DNA of 64,000 nucleotides from Octopus vulgaris (GCA_951406725.2 OX597825.1:38068001-38132000); one strand, 5' to 3'. Counted from the stretch's first letter, positions 38,860 through 54,364 are shown. Notes: generated by a model from the letters alone, not told the origin. Made by a program: numbers and translations.

Positions 38860-40700
38860 TTAGCCATAAGATCCTATGTTACGAGCAATGTCCTTATTCA
38901 GAGAACTCGGAGGCGGTGTTGTCTTAAAAAGTTAACCATAAACAGACAGATCCGTCCCCTAATGTCAACGTCTAATCTCGTCATGACTCAATGATAACGA
39001 AGGAAAATACAAGCCGGATCTGCCGTCACCCGGTTGAGCAAGGGCTGCGTAACCCAGTCAGGAACCAGACTGGGCACGAAAAATCAGATACTGGTTCAAA
39101 TCCTACCGAAACACAGGAGCTGAATGTACCCCATAACCGGAATATTCCAACAGAAGGCCATCCACGCTCGTCATCAAATAACCAAAAGAAAAAGAATGAA
39201 ATATGGTCTAGGGGAGATAATGAAGAAGCTATTAAGGCCTTCTAGCATACCATGTATTTCCCCACAAATAAATCAAGTACTGACCTAACCTACCTACAAT
39301 TGAGACACAACCACCTTGAAGTAAGATCATACGTAGAAATTAGTAACTGGATTAGAGAATGACCAAATTAAACAATCTGTAAGGGATAAAGTGAACGAAG
39401 TTGCAGCTAAAGAAGATACTAGAGAGGAAATAATTTTAGACCAATCCAGGTCTGTTGAAAATGCAGCAATGATAGAGTCAATGTAACTGTTAAACCTAGT
39501 GAAATACTCTCTGAAATAACCATAAGCACCAAGGCAGATGGAAATCAAATAGATGAAGAAAGTCACACAAAAATTGATCCAGCTGAAGTAGATGATCTAA
39601 AAAATCAAATCATAATTGAATGGCTGGAAATTAAAGAAACTAGTATGAATGAACGTAACAATCTCAAAAAAAAAAATCACAACTGTAACCAAAACTGAAA
39701 GTAATAGGAAAAATCTGTCTAGAACTTAAGGATATCATTTCAGCTAATGATGTTGATATTACAGATCTAAACCACCTGTACTATGCATTGGTGAAAATCT
39801 CAAAGATTCAATATTGTGAAAATATTATAAAACGACAACATTCCCATAAAAAGCTTTCTTGGCAAGAGCGTATTCAGCTATTTACGTCTCACATAGAATG
39901 TTAAAAAAACCTTAAGTTTAACAAGACTATCTAACCAACAAAACCCGATAATAAAAGAAGAAATATAATATGAAAACCATACTTGACATCGATACTACCA
40001 TAGACACTATCAAAGAAAAGATATGCGCTGTAGCTGCCCGAATAGCATGGTATCAAAAGCGTGTTAGATTCTTCAATGAACTTAAAAAAACAGAAAAAGA
40101 ACTGAAAATGCCTGACAGGGAAGGCGTTGCATGGTAGATTCCCAGAAATAGTTGTAGTGAGGCAAGGTTATTGTTGTAGAAGGGAAAACTGAAGAGGGGG
40201 GGGCAGGAAATTTGTTAGTAGTTGTATAAGATCAAGCATTAAGGACTAATTGGATAAAAGCCAAAACTAGACAAAAACGAAGTAGATTCCTAATACAGAT
40301 TATGCAAATCAAAATAGGAAAGCGTTACTCATATAGCAATTGAATGTAGCATGCTGAAACAGAAAGAATACGAAAAAAGACATGGCAATCTAAGGATAGC
40401 ACTTTCTAGAAAGCTAAAATTGAAATATACTGATAAATGGTATGAACATGAACCTATTAACATTACAGTCCTAAATGATGAAAACATTAATATGAAAAGT
40501 ATAGAAAAATAGCAAAATACCAGGATCTAGTTACTGAATTACAGAGACTACGGATGGTGCTGAGGTGCATTGGGAACTATCCCTAAATATCTGAACAGAC
40601 GAATAGAGGAAATAAAATTTAGTGCAGTTGCAGAAAAGTTATTAGAGACAGCTAGGATACCTCCTCTAGCTCTTATCCTAGATGTCCAGAAGAACCAAGT
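38860..40700 (+). mobile_element. Decayed R4/Dong-type (restriction-like endonuclease) non-LTR retrotransposon with the RT largely deleted
   Basis: Broken-frame motifs: WSRGDNEEAIKAF, DQALRTNWIKAK, YRLCK..ESVTHIAIEC..LKQKEYEKRH (CCHC region), KWYEHEP, KYQDLVTELQRL and GALGTIPK. Confidence 0.8.
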
Positions 40701-42124
40701 GCTAAATAATTCGAATGGCCCTTACGTCCAGCATCATATTACATGAGAATGATGCATATACTGGTTTCTGTGTGTAAAGCTATAGTATCATATGATTACA
40801 TTAGACGTATTATGAAAACATGGGCATTGGTTTAGTCTGCGTCCAGTATGCAGTACCAAAGCTAGCACTTAAAAGCATTTTTACAGATCCTCATGAGGTT
40901 ATAGGTCTCGTGGGCCTATTACCTAATGAGGGACTGTAACTTTCGCACGTGCCCTAAGAATTATTCATCAGTAATGTTCCTATCAGTAGCGATAAACCAA
41001 AAATTGTATATTATAGAGGCGGATGGAGACACAGTTTTGATACTCATCTCAATAGCCTTTGTGTAATGCATAGTTTCCCACGCATAACTATATCAGACTA
41101 AATATCATATAACTGGCTAGTGAATAAATGATATTTTGTATTGTACAGATAAACTGCCCAGCATATGATTATTAATTTTTCTTTTTTCTAAATTAGGAAA
41201 CATGGTGCGGAATATGGCAGAACATTCAGATCTTGCCTCCTGGGTACAGAATCTCATTTGTTTCATCTCATAGGGCACTGGCTTATGTATAAACAGAATT
41301 ACATAAAAACGGAAAGAAACAGAAAAAAAAACGTTCAGTGCTAAGATTTTACAAGACAAAAGAAACAAATCCGATACAACAAATCCAATTGATTTTAGTC
41401 TTAGCAAGATTCAGTATTTGTGTTTCCTGTCTAGAACATATACATGCAATCAGAGGTGTGAACGGTATATAGAGATAAAACAAATGTTATCACACTCACG
41501 TGGACACTCACATTCATGCAGTTAAGAGACATGTGCACCTATTCTATGAATGCAAGTATATTATCACACAACTATATATATGCAGTTAATAACTACAAAA
41601 CAGATGTAAATAGACACACATTCACAAATACATCGAACCATCTGGAATAAATAGAAAATATTGTAACTTTCATATTGACTGACACGATTGAATTCTGCAA
41701 ATATCCTTTGAAAATCTTAAATAAACATATGCTCCTGCTTATATGCATACATGTATCCGCATAAACAAATATTACCACAAACACTTCCGTGGGTTCAAGT
41801 CCCGAGGACAGCATTGGAATTATTCCATCCAAAGTGTGTTTCTTAATATTTAGGCGCTATTATTCACAACTTATCTCCTACAACAATCAATGTTCCACAA
41901 AATAATTATTTCATGTTTGCTCTGAAGCTTATAAAAATTTTTATAACTTTAATAGTATACAATTCTCGCTGGATAAATTGGGAGGACTGCTTTAGTCAAT
42001 TGGTAGAAGACCTGTTCTGCTTTCAAAATATGTCGACCCGAGCCCTACGTACGCTCTTCGTATTTTTCGACACAAAACGAATTCTTTTCAACCCAATATT
42101 TGCATGGTGGGTTGAAAGTGTGTA

Positions 42125-42280
42125 ACGCCATTTCGTCTGTCTTTACGTTTTCTAAGTTTCAATTCCGTAGAGGTTGACTTTCTCTTTCCTCTTTTAGAGA
42201 TCGATACAAAAAAAGTACCAGTCGAGCCCTGGGATCGATGTAATCGATTTTCCCCATTCTCCGAAATTTGAGACCAATAT
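42125..42280 (+). mobile_element. SINE family A, degenerate
   Basis: atttcgtctgtctttacgtt...aattccgtagaggttgacttt...aagtaccagt...tcgatgtaatcga. Confidence 0.75.
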
Positions 42281-44064
42281 TTACAAGCTGTTATTTACAG
42301 TAAATTTGCTTTTCAACGTTCGACAAAATAATTATTACATATCTTGAAGTCTATAAAAAGTTTGATGACGCCAACATAATATTACTGATTTAGATGTTTG
42401 GAAGAATAAATATAATGTATATGCAATTGTGGAAGGCAGCTTCTCTGGAGACCCGAGGACCTTTTTGAAATCTGTGAGCTATAAAATAGTTATGGACAAA
42501 TGCATTGAAATATTCACTCTCTCTAGCGTGGTTACAGATCTTCTCTGCTCATAAGCTCTGTGTGGTAATACATGATAACTAACTTTAAAAGGCAGATGAA
42601 TCTACTGATTTATGAAAGTTAATTCATTATGAAATTTGATTTGGCAATGAACCTGAACACCTGCTGGCAAAAGATTAGAGGATCAAGTGTTAAGAGAGAA
42701 AGGGTGGAGGACAGAGAAAAGGTAAAAGGGAAAATGAGAGAAAAATGGAGTGAATGAGGTGTAAAGTGAGATAGTTGGAAAGCTCCCAACTATTAATATA
42801 TTAAGCGAACGACTGAGGTGAACATGTATTAAGATAGATACCAGATTCTTGCATTCTCTCCATTTCTTTTAATTCAGACCATTTCATTGTCCCAGCACAA
42901 AACATGGAAAAGGCGTTACGACGGATGACGGTAACGGAGATGTGCTGGATCAGCGACGCTGACTTAGAGTTCGCACTTGCGTACAACCATCTCCAACCCG
43001 ATAGCAGAGAGCAACCTCAACCATAAACCTTTCAGAAGGCGACAGATACTTTGACAATTTCTCGAACAGCGGAGCCAGGGCTGATAGATGAATAGACCTA
43101 GCTGCCGGTGGAGAAGGTCTCGCAGATTTTAATTCTTGAATTTCCTTGTATATGACAATGCTTATAAACATATTTTCATGAGAATAAGACCTAATACAAT
43201 CTTAATCCCTTCTCGGAGAAAAATAAACTATATTTCTTCAATGAGCAGAATTTGACTCAACCTAGATAGCGATGCATACTCAAATGTTTCAAATAAAATC
43301 AGATAAAAAATTCTCAAGTGAAAAAAGTTCATAAGTGTTATTTCTTTAAAATTGTGCCAGAAAATAAAAGCATGTAAACTTTCATTTTGACAAAATTTCT
43401 AGGAATTCGTCATAAACTCCTACAAAACCAACAAAGTAAAGTATATAAACAATATGCAGCTGATTAGTTAACTGAACTTATACAAATACACAGTCGCTAA
43501 TGTTATTTGTTCAAATCCCATTAAAGCATCGGACGTGCATGGAAGTGGAGTAATACGGCTCAATGTGTATTGTTTCGTAAAGAAACAATCAACAGAAAAA
43601 TATTTGCAAAGAAGTGTTATCATGTTATCAGCATAGCTTGTTCGATATCAAGGTTAAATAGCATGACATTTAAAGAGTTGAATAGAGCATTGTGAAAGTC
43701 AAACTATATTACACAGATATGGAGAATGCGAACGTATGACTCGCAGAATCGAACTGACCTCTTTGTTATCGGTGAAATAGCTTGACATTTTTAAAAGTAT
43801 AATATATTCTACTTCATTGCTGGAAAGCGTAATTGATTGTCACTTAGATTGAAACGAAAAAAATCAATAGCAGTCACGGCTAACAGCTTTCAGTAAACAT
43901 CCACGGGTTGTTGATAAAAGTTACATTGAATGATTAAGTAATGTTACTCCCAGTGGGATCATTCATTTAACAAAAGAATATTTATCAATATCTGTAAATC
44001 TATCACCTTAATTTTTCACTCTTTCACACTGTACACACATGCACGCATGAATTCTCCCTCTCAT

Positions 44065-44110
<46 letters not shown>

Positions 44111-45919
44111 ACATGCACGCACACACACAGAGGAGGGAAGTATGAATTTACATATTCATATGTTTATTGTATTTATTTGAGTGATGTTTCAAATTTAGCG
44201 TACTGAATGACAACTCTCTACGGAAGAAAAATATATTATATAGATAGTGTGAAAATGCTAGCGACCTACACACCCTAGATCAACGGTATAAATTCTTTCA
44301 CTTTAACACCGTATATATTCTGCGTGTCTAATGACACCAATATATTTAGAGGTGAATAAGAAAGTATAAGCTTATAAGCTTCCACTATATTTTTGTTGTG
44401 GTTGATTTTATCGAGTCAGTCATTGTTTTAAAAACCTATGTCTAAAATTTTCTAGGCTAACCAATGTGTAGATTTGTATATCTTTATCTAAATTGTCGTG
44501 AAGGTTTCTTTACTTAGATGGTAGTGTGCTATGTAAACGCGGGATCACGATTATTCATAGCATGTCAAGTACGCCTAGATGCTCTAATTTGATTAAAGTT
44601 ATATATGGCCTGAATTCAGAAACCATTCTGTATAACTGTACAGAACTGTTGATATTTCACTTTTAGGATATTCAAATTTGTCTCATGCGTTGATTTATAA
44701 TTTTATAAGGGTAGTCTAACAAGGTTGTTATGTAAAAGATGAGTTCATATTTATTTTAGTGATGCTACATGGATATCATTTATTCATGCAAATCATCTCA
44801 GCGTCTATTCTATGCGTCCAAACCTCTCCTTCGCGATGCAAATTATTCATTTAAGGAAGACAATTTTGGAACACGATACTGGAGCAAATAAATCTGGGAT
44901 ACTCTTTAAGTTAAATACAAAAGGAAATTGCAGTTTAATTCTTTGGAATTAATTATCCCTGATAGTTGTATTAAATAGATCGTGCTTATTTTCATTAGCA
45001 AGTGTATTTCCCTAGTTTCTTCCAAGTGAACATCCGATTATTCCTAATAGTAATATATTATACGTATGTTCAACGTGTGTTGCCTTCTAACCATACACAA
45101 ACACAAAACATGCAACACAACACGCATTATTTCTGAATTTTATTTCAAGAAGTAATTTAACCTTATTGAAGTTTATATATATATGTAATTATTCGACAAA
45201 CATAATATATTATGTATTTCTAGGTTTCAAGGAAACACAAAACTGGGTTTCCCTTTCCTTTCGACATTTCCCACCATGTTGTTTGTTTCCAGAACATTAA
45301 CTACATTAATTACTTTTTCTTGCAATTATATCATATTCAAACCAACAATAGTTGGCTTCCATTTCTATTTTAAAAACCAAATAAGATTTGGCCGGATTAG
45401 TGTGGAATAACATCTAAATGCAATTAGAAGATTATATTATACATCAAGCTACAGCCTTTTAATTCTGAGTGCAAGTTGAAGTACATAGTTCTAAACTTTT
45501 AAATTGGTTATGTGAATGACAATTTCGAGACACCTATCAAAATACTTTTGAGATGCAAGGATAAACATTATGAATAGGTATTACGGTCTAGGCTTTGATA
45601 CATATAAATCAAGAGATTGTGCTGAATATCTGAATGACGCAGATGTCAGATTGTGTATTGAAGGAGCGAAACTTTATAGCATCGCACTAAATCCGTTTTA
45701 GATATACTTAAAATTCTTATAACATCTCATTCCACATTCAGAACATGTGCATGTGTAAGTCTCTATATTAACTCTTTCTATATCCCTATCTTTCTCACAT
45801 GGTATGAACTATGTAACAGAAAACTGGGTTTTTTTTAACACATAGCATCAGGTGGTATACTTTCTAAAAGCCGAATGGATGTGGTGCGAATGGTATTTAA
45901 TATTTTCATTAGTTTTTAA

Positions 45920-46105
45920 GGCGACGAGTTGGCAGAATATTTAGCGTTCTGGGCAAAATGCTAACTTTAAATTCTGAGTTCAAATTCGGCCGAGGCCGAT
46001 TTGATTGTCATTCCTTCGGATTCGATGAAGTAAGTACCAGTGTCAACGCAATAAGCTTTCTTCCTTGTCCAAAATTGTTGGTCTTGTGACGAAATTGGAA
46101 ACCAA
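45920..46105 (+). mobile_element. SINE family A
   Basis: ggcgacgagttggcagaat...ttctgagttcaaattcggccgagg...taagtaccagt. Confidence 0.8.
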
Positions 46106-48339
46106 TATTTCCGTTAGTTTTAGTGAGATACGTAATGTTCCTCGATATACTAGATCAGATTACCGGACGACACAATGATAGTTGGTCTGTCTTTGTCCCT
46201 GTCTGTGTAATCAGTAATGATCTGCGGCAAAACATTATGAATAAAAACGTTTGAAGCGGGTATAAACACTAAATCATGTGCGAGAGCTTCACTCCCTATT
46301 TCTTACAAATTTCACAAAAGACTGAAGAGCTCGGTAAAAAATAAAAACTTGAATTGCACAAATAATATAATAAAAGTTTGTGACGATGTCACATTTGCGA
46401 AGATGGATGATTTTGTAACTGGAAAAGAGCTGAATAATGTTTTTATTTCAATACGTTAATGAACACAATATTTATGATCATGGCGTTACATATCACACTG
46501 ACGTGTAACATTAATGACCGTATTGAGATTCCAGTGAATTACGCTTCCAACGTGGTTTGGTTTCTTAGTTTAATATATTTCACTTCAGTTATGCTTGAAA
46601 TGTCATTAGAAAGCGCAGCAACATCGTACATGCGATTTTCTCTCCCTTAATACAATAGAACATTTGTACATAGAACAAATACTATTATTCACTTCATACA
46701 GATTTATCTTAATCACATAAAGAGAAATAATACTTTACCAAAACGAGGTTACTAATCACATTTATGCAAATCAATAATAATCTCAAAGGTCGCAGAGCAT
46801 TTTTTGCTGCATCTGTTTAAACAAGGTAAATGGGGCAAGTTGAATGAAGATGTTAGTATTTAGATATATACACAATAATACTATGATCATGTGCATTGCA
46901 ATAAATGATGTACATCACGGTTAGAATTTAACCGATATGTTACCAGGAAATCGATAAATGAAATAGATTCCAAATAATATTGTTTTATTCTAATCACTGA
47001 ATTGAAACAGTATCTATTGTTGTTTCATACAGCAAGTAGGAATCTTAACAGATTCTCGACACATATGAAACTAAAGGAATAAGACAAAAAGTGATAGAAA
47101 ACAGAAGACGATTATAAAGGGAAATGCAACTGAAATTACAAAAAGAATGACAGAAGTACAAATCCTGGAAAGTATTTTTAAATCGCATATTTCAGACGCT
47201 CAAAGCTGAGCGATTATGATAATATAATACATTTTTGACTATGTTTCAACACCGAAAAAGCGGAAAATATGACTGGTGCGCAAATGATTCATCCAAGAAT
47301 TTGTTTACAATACAAACGAAACGAAGTAATTTAATTAAATACAGTTTGTGTAAGTGTACACAACTTGTACATACATACAGACACAGACATATAAGCACAC
47401 ACGCATGCTCGCACACATGCACACAAAACACAACAAACATACACAAACAAGTATATATTTTTCGTGAAATGTTGTATCAGTCGACAAAATACTTCTTAAA
47501 ATTAAATTAAAAATGTGTGTAAATATGTAGAGGTAAAAACAAGCATAATCTGTATATTATAAGTTTAGTTTTTCCTATGTTAACGCTCCTACAAAAACTG
47601 CAATATATATTTAACAAAATATGTAAGAAATATTGTTTTGTTAAAAGCAGAATTATTTGAATGTAAGATGAGCGGTGCCATTATTCACTGCTCCTTCAAG
47701 TGTTTTCAAGAGAATTCACTGTTAGAGAATGAAGGAAATAGTTGACGCTGAAATAAGAGTTAAGCGAACAGACTTCCATAGAAACCGACTCAAAACGGAA
47801 CTGACAGCACCTATTGCAGTGAAGCAGTCACTTGACTAGAACTCACTCTTTTACACTATCTAGTTTACGTTTCCAGCAACGTTATCCGTTAAACAGAAAA
47901 CCAGAAGGAATGGCTTGCAGATTTCTTAATGGTAGTCATGTATTAAATGCCTCGAGTTGAATACAGAAGTGAATTCCGATAGCCCCAGCCATAGTGTTGA
48001 TACTGAAGTAAGCAACTTTATAGGAATGACAAAACACTATATCACTCTCATGGTTGAAGAAGACTAAACATTTACAGAATAGTAAATCTAAGAAAATATA
48101 GTAATGCTGCTGACAAAACTTAACTCAAAACGAACGTGAACAGCGAGAACAAGTTAACATGGGAAGTCTATGGAATTGCTGCAGATGTAAACTTTATTAT
48201 TGGTGGTGGCGGTGGTGTTGTTGCTGTGACTGATCAACTTCTTTGTTGCTCGGGTACATATGGAATTGCCAACTTCTAACACAGAAACTAATTTGATCCA
48301 ACACATAGAGAATAGTTTTATCAGATCACTCGTTAACAT

Positions 48340-48620
48340 AGTCCTAGATAATATGACGGAATTGAGGTGCATCTCTTCAGAGTAAACTGCCTTTGGGAAA
48401 ACTTCTCCATTTTCTCTCCAAAAGAGATTAAAGACCTGGATCATGTAGAAAAATACCGCGAAATACCTGCTACATTAACGATGAGGAGTAGGTTGCGATA
48501 TATTAAATATAGACAACTCAAAAGATTTACGAGAGTTACTGGATAACCCCTTACCTGGAATACCTAATGAAAATGGCGATGCTAGGAGTCAATAATTAAC
48601 TAACGCAGGCTTCAAGCAAA
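48340..48620 (+). pseudogene. Possible very old CR1/L2-group LINE 3' fragment
   Basis: PKEIKDLDHVEK and LDNPLPGIPNE loosely resemble the I..LE.VQ and LD.FL..IPDEP motifs. Confidence 0.3.
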
Positions 48621-49338
48621 TAACAAGATACTAAGCATGAAATAACCAACGAACATGGTTCTCGATACATGTGAAGATGGAGATGTGTACATGGGTGAGA
48701 ATCATTTCATTATTGCTAGTTAGATAATTTAAAAGAACTCAATGTACTGTATATCTCAACATTTCTATACCTACAGAGACCCCTTTAAATAATGTAAGTG
48801 ACTTTAGTGATTACCGTTATCTTACTCTTAAATCATCTAAGTTGTAGTAACTAGTTCTAGCTATCATTACTCAAATTCGCATTAAGGCTGGCGGATTCGA
48901 CAACAAAAATATTTGTCCTGTAATTTCAGATACTCGAATTAAACTTCCAATACAAAGTAGGAAGTGAATTTTATTATTCCTGCAATAAACGGTAAGCATC
49001 ACTTGTCGAATCGAGTTGTTTATAGTTGGTCTCTTCCGAAGTAAGTATTTAAACATGTCGATATTTTAAAAGACAACCGAACAATGTAGAACTAATAATA
49101 TATTTCTAGGATTAGATTTACACCTGCCTCTTTTAAACGGTCGATATTTTTGCTTCATTATTCCGAAACTATATTAAATTCCTTACGAAATATTTTACTT
49201 CTTAAATGGATTTGTAACTCACGTTATAGCCGCTGGTGTTTACACATATGTTTGACTGGTAAATACGGCTCAAACGTATTTATCATCAGAAAGCACTCCA
49301 GATTAGAACCGCGTTTCTTTTTTATCTGCTATTTAGGA

Positions 49339-49407
<69 letters not shown>

Positions 49408-49540
49408 CCTATCTATCTACCTATCTCTCTATGTATCTATCTATCTATCTATCTATCTATCTGTCTGTCTGTCTGTCTGTATGTATGTATGTCAGTGTGC
49501 ATGTCTGTCTTTGTGTGTGTGTGTGTGTCTGTCTGTATAT

Positions 49541-49937
49541 ATATAAATAATCAGAAAATGGAGAAAACCTCAGCTCAACAAGCACATCAACTGGACCACA
49601 TTATTTAATACAAAACATGGCATAACATTTATGTGACATAACAAATCTTACGGCCGTTTCTGCATCCGGTGCCGATCAATGTTTACAAATAATTGCGAAA
49701 ATAAAATTCTTCATCTTCATAGGACATTTATTTCATCTTTATTGGACAGGGTACGGTGCTTCATCAGAGTAAAACAAAAGCATCCAAGATAAGGAAGAGG
49801 AAGAGGGAACAGGAAAGAAAACACGGTTATTTAAAGAATTCTGGAAGCCCAAAATATTAAAAGCATATATGACGCAACGATGTCCAATTGATGTGCTTGT
49901 TGATCTAAGGTTTCCTCGATTTTCTGATTATTTATAT
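49541..49937 (-). mobile_element. Penelope-type pLTR with an inverted ~65 bp terminal copy and a long-stem-II hammerhead
   Basis: 49541-49607 is inverted relative to 49882-49937. The minus strand has CUGAUGA (49767-49761) and GAAACGGCCGUA (49660-49649). Confidence 0.75.
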
Positions 49938-50099
49938 TTGTTGCCTGATAAACTTTTGTTTATTCTGTTACCTGTACTCTACTAGCATAGTGTGCTGCAC
50001 ACTCCTGCCCAGAGATCACGTGGGTAACGGATACCAGTACATACCGATATCTTATCCCTTAGTTTGTTATTATAATCGCTAACTCTGCTTACTTTTGAT

Positions 50100-50134
<35 letters not shown>

Positions 50135-53100
50135 ACTTGTATGTTAGTTAAAATATATTTCTGATATATTTTAAGTTCTAAAGGCAAATTCATTGCAGTC
50201 ACTGTGGGGAAGAATATTCTCTCTTATGGTAAAATATGTAAAAATATGCTATCCTGACAGTGCATCCCTCTAGCGGATTCCCAGATGCGTGTTTCTGATT
50301 CTTTAGAATTTCCCCATGGAAAATACCGAAAAGAGATAACCCTGGGCAGATTCAAAGTCGTAGCTGTGTATCTGTATGTGTGTAGATCATGTTCAGTGTT
50401 TCCGTAACTCGGGATTTACTATAAAAAACTTTTAGCGTGATATCCTCCACATAAAAAAAGATATTTGCATCGAAATTACAAATAAATACTTGATATTCGA
50501 ATTTTGTAACTGATTAGCGGATTTAAAAGGCTTAAACTAACATGTTCTATCGCAGCTTAATTCTCGCGATATGTAGGCGTAATTCAAAGTGAATTTTAAA
50601 AGAGAGAATACAATTCGGTCCAAGGGGATTACATTTTGCCTTCAGTAACAGATTTATGAGAAGCTGTGAAATAAGACCACGTTACGGAATTATCAATAGA
50701 TTCTTACAAATAGTACGTTTAGTGAAAAGTGACGCATTCATGTTTTATAGAGTGTATATGGTACTGTGTCTAAAGATATTGCAAATGGCTAGTGTGTCCA
50801 TATACTATTTAGATGATAAGTTTTGTTCATTATTTGGAGTGGAAGATCCTGGTAGAAACAAACCATAGCATTTATATTAACAATTCACTGGCTAATTTCA
50901 TCTTAAGTATAAAATCGACAGGCCAGCAACTCCTTGAGCATTGCAAGAAAGGTTTTGGTCATATATTTGTTCGATAAATGCAGACTTGGGACTAAGCAAC
51001 AATAACAACAGCTTATTGTTAATCTACTAACATGAGTGTTGCGTGACAGACTGTATAGCAAAGCAATCATACCGCTTTTTTAAAGAATCATTTAGTAATA
51101 TAATACTAAATACTTTGATGAATATATGGGATGATATTACTCTAAATCCTTTCGATATAGACCTGTTTTGTAGAAGCCATTTAGAATTCACCTACAATAG
51201 CAATTATAATACACTAAATGCTGTCGTGTTCATCTCTATTTTAGAAATCACATCTGATTATTAACAAAGAGGAAGCTAGTTTTATTCGTGCACTAATAAG
51301 TGGGTTAGTAACGACTAGAATATCGTTTGACAAGTCTTCTGGAAAAAACAATGTTGACCGAGGAATAAAAGTATGGGAATGAACACCTTAACATCGAATG
51401 CAAATGACCGGATTAACATTATCTGAAGTTTCCCAAAACTGAAGTGACGTAAAAGCAAGCATTGTCTAAAAGCAACACTTATTTTGAAGTAAATTATAAC
51501 ATATTTGCTGAAAAGCATGTTCAGGTGAAAATGCAAAGCAAATTATGGCCAATGCTGAACATCAATGCACATAGTAAAACGCTAAACTTAGTGACATTTG
51601 GGCCGACATACCGTTTGAGCTATCCATGGTTTACTCAGATATAATATAATGAGATATTTATTTTCTAAATCGGTAATTAGTTATTTTATAGTTACTGAGA
51701 TGTAAATGTTTCCTAAAATTACAATATGTAAATAAGTGAATTCAAATAAAGTTTGAAAAAAACATATATATAAAAGAACTCAAACCACATGACTTATACA
51801 ATCTTGATTACTTAGGATGTTTTCTCCATTGGCAATTCAAAGATAAAATGAGACATTTTCAAAGAATTCATATTACTTCATTTTATGTAAAATAATTCAG
51901 TCGAATTTATTTTCTCAAATATGGTTTTCATTGAAAATTATTTCCTATATTTTCTGCATTGATTAAATTGATTTCAATTTCAATGTAAATGAAATTGTAT
52001 ATTAATGTTTACTATTAAGTTTAATGATTTCATACATGATTCAAATATAGTTCACTTAATTCCGATAAATTGCAACAAAGATAAGGTAAAAAGAAATTAA
52101 ACATACATTTAATTCCTGATAGTTTAAATATTTTATCATCAGTCTGATTGTAATGCGATAATTTTGTATATTCAAATATGAAATTTAATCATATTGTATG
52201 TACATTGTTAAGTCTGCTTCAGCTGATTAAAGCCGAAAGAATTATCAAATAAATTATACAAACAGAAGAAAAGGATAGCGAAACAAAATAACCGGAATAC
52301 ATCCGCTAATCTAAAAGTTTAATATTTCTTTGATTTTTAAAACGTTTCTTAAAAATTCAAATGTATTATGGTCGAAACCCATTAAGAGCCATGAGAACAT
52401 AAGTGATTTTAATTAAACAATAATGAAAAAAAAAAAAAACATTTAATTATATCAGTAGTTACTAAAGTTTTAATTCAATTATAAGATAAGCTTATTTAAA
52501 GAAGGCAAGTGAAACTATATTCTTTGATTAAGTTTTAGTATTCACAATTTATTAGTGTGAAAGGGTTTAGTATTGGTACTGTAGTCTACCATTATGAATA
52601 CTTACTGTCGTTATTGCAGACTATGATCATGAATGATTAATAAGTTTATTCTACACGACTAAATTGTCTACAAGATTTCCCATGTTCAGTTCTTTCTTCA
52701 CTGAGTTAGAAACGCTCAGCATATCAGAAGCTCTCTAAACGTAACACGATAACAAGACTGAAATACTGGAACATATTCCGTCAGGTTTTTATTGTTAGAT
52801 TAATGTTGCAATAATTTCAAATGTGATAAAATGTGACGCACATAACTAATTTTTGAATGTTCCTTTGAGGTATTTATAGACACGCTAATTTTTGTCAGCT
52901 TTTATGTTTGGCAGATTAGCAATATTGCAAAAAGGTTGGAAATATTACACTTTTGAAATGTTGCTTGTGCAGATTTTCATTTTCAAATCGTCTGCTTTCC
53001 ATAAAATAAGCACTCATCAACTTCTCCTGCATCCAAATGTTGCAGTAAAATGTTTAATTTAGAAATCAATATTTGTAGCGACATAATTCACATAAATTTC

Positions 53101-54364
53101 AAAGCGTAGCAGAAGAAAGTTTGATGAAAACTCAGGTCTGCATTCCCGCTAACACTTTGGCTTAAAATTTAATGACCATTGCGGTCGTTAGATAAACCAA
53201 TTTGTGTATCAACAAACGTCATCAGGAAAACATAAACACTGGATCAGTAGATATACATGGCAAATGGTTCACTAAGTCAAACAAAACAAAATGTCCCTAC
53301 ACTCAGGAATCTTAACACTTGAGAGTTATACGTAAAATCTATGGTGCGTTAATTTATGAGCGGCAATTTTCAATTGTATCTCGCTTAAAGACAAGAATAT
53401 TAACCAGCAAGAAATTCAAGCGCGTGATTAAATAATGCAGGTTTGGAAGCTGTGTGTGAAGACTTAATTTAATATGTAAGCTGCTGCTTTAGAACTGAAC
53501 CAAATATCAACCCATAATATAGTCAATGATATGTGTAAAACAGTTTACTGTGGCAGACTACTCGATTTTAGAAGGTTTATTTCGTGAAGCATAAAGAAAG
53601 AATGACTTTAAAGATTTTCTACTGAACAGTATTAGAATAATTAAGATGGTACAAACTCATATGATTAGCTGAATGATTTTAAAGGAACAATGGAATGTTA
53701 ACTTATAAAATAGATTTTCCAGAACGTGTTGCTAGTAGGAAATCTTATGTCACTGGTGTATTTTAAAAGTGTATGCTTCATTATGGCTCACACACGCACG
53801 CATACACACACATACACACACGCACAAACATACACATATACATATATATATGTTTGTATGTATATAATTGACAGGGAACTGGGAAAAAGAAATATTATAA
53901 ATGTGGTCATGCATTTTCAAGGAGAATGTGCAAGGAAAACCCCCAGAAAATATTGTTATTCACTTGAACTATAAAATTTGTTACCCAGTTTGTATCTTTA
54001 AGGTGTTTCATCATATTTTAATCAAGGACACATATAACAAAGCTAAATTTCGCCATCTATTTGCCTCTTACGAATGCATATATATTCTAATCCTCTCTCT
54101 ATATATATATACCTGTAAACGCATGTTTCTATATATTAAAAAGAAACACGTTCATGACTTTACATTTAAATTAAGTTAGAAAAAATGTGGTAGAAATAAC
54201 CGATATTGCGCTTGGCTAAAAAACTTCACTTGGAAACACGTACGCAACTGCAGGAATGATGAAACCTAAAAAACCTAGATTAAAAATATAAGATTAACCC
54301 TAATCATAACTATGTTTATAGTGTAGATAAACGACGTATATCTCTCCAATGTGTGTATATATAA

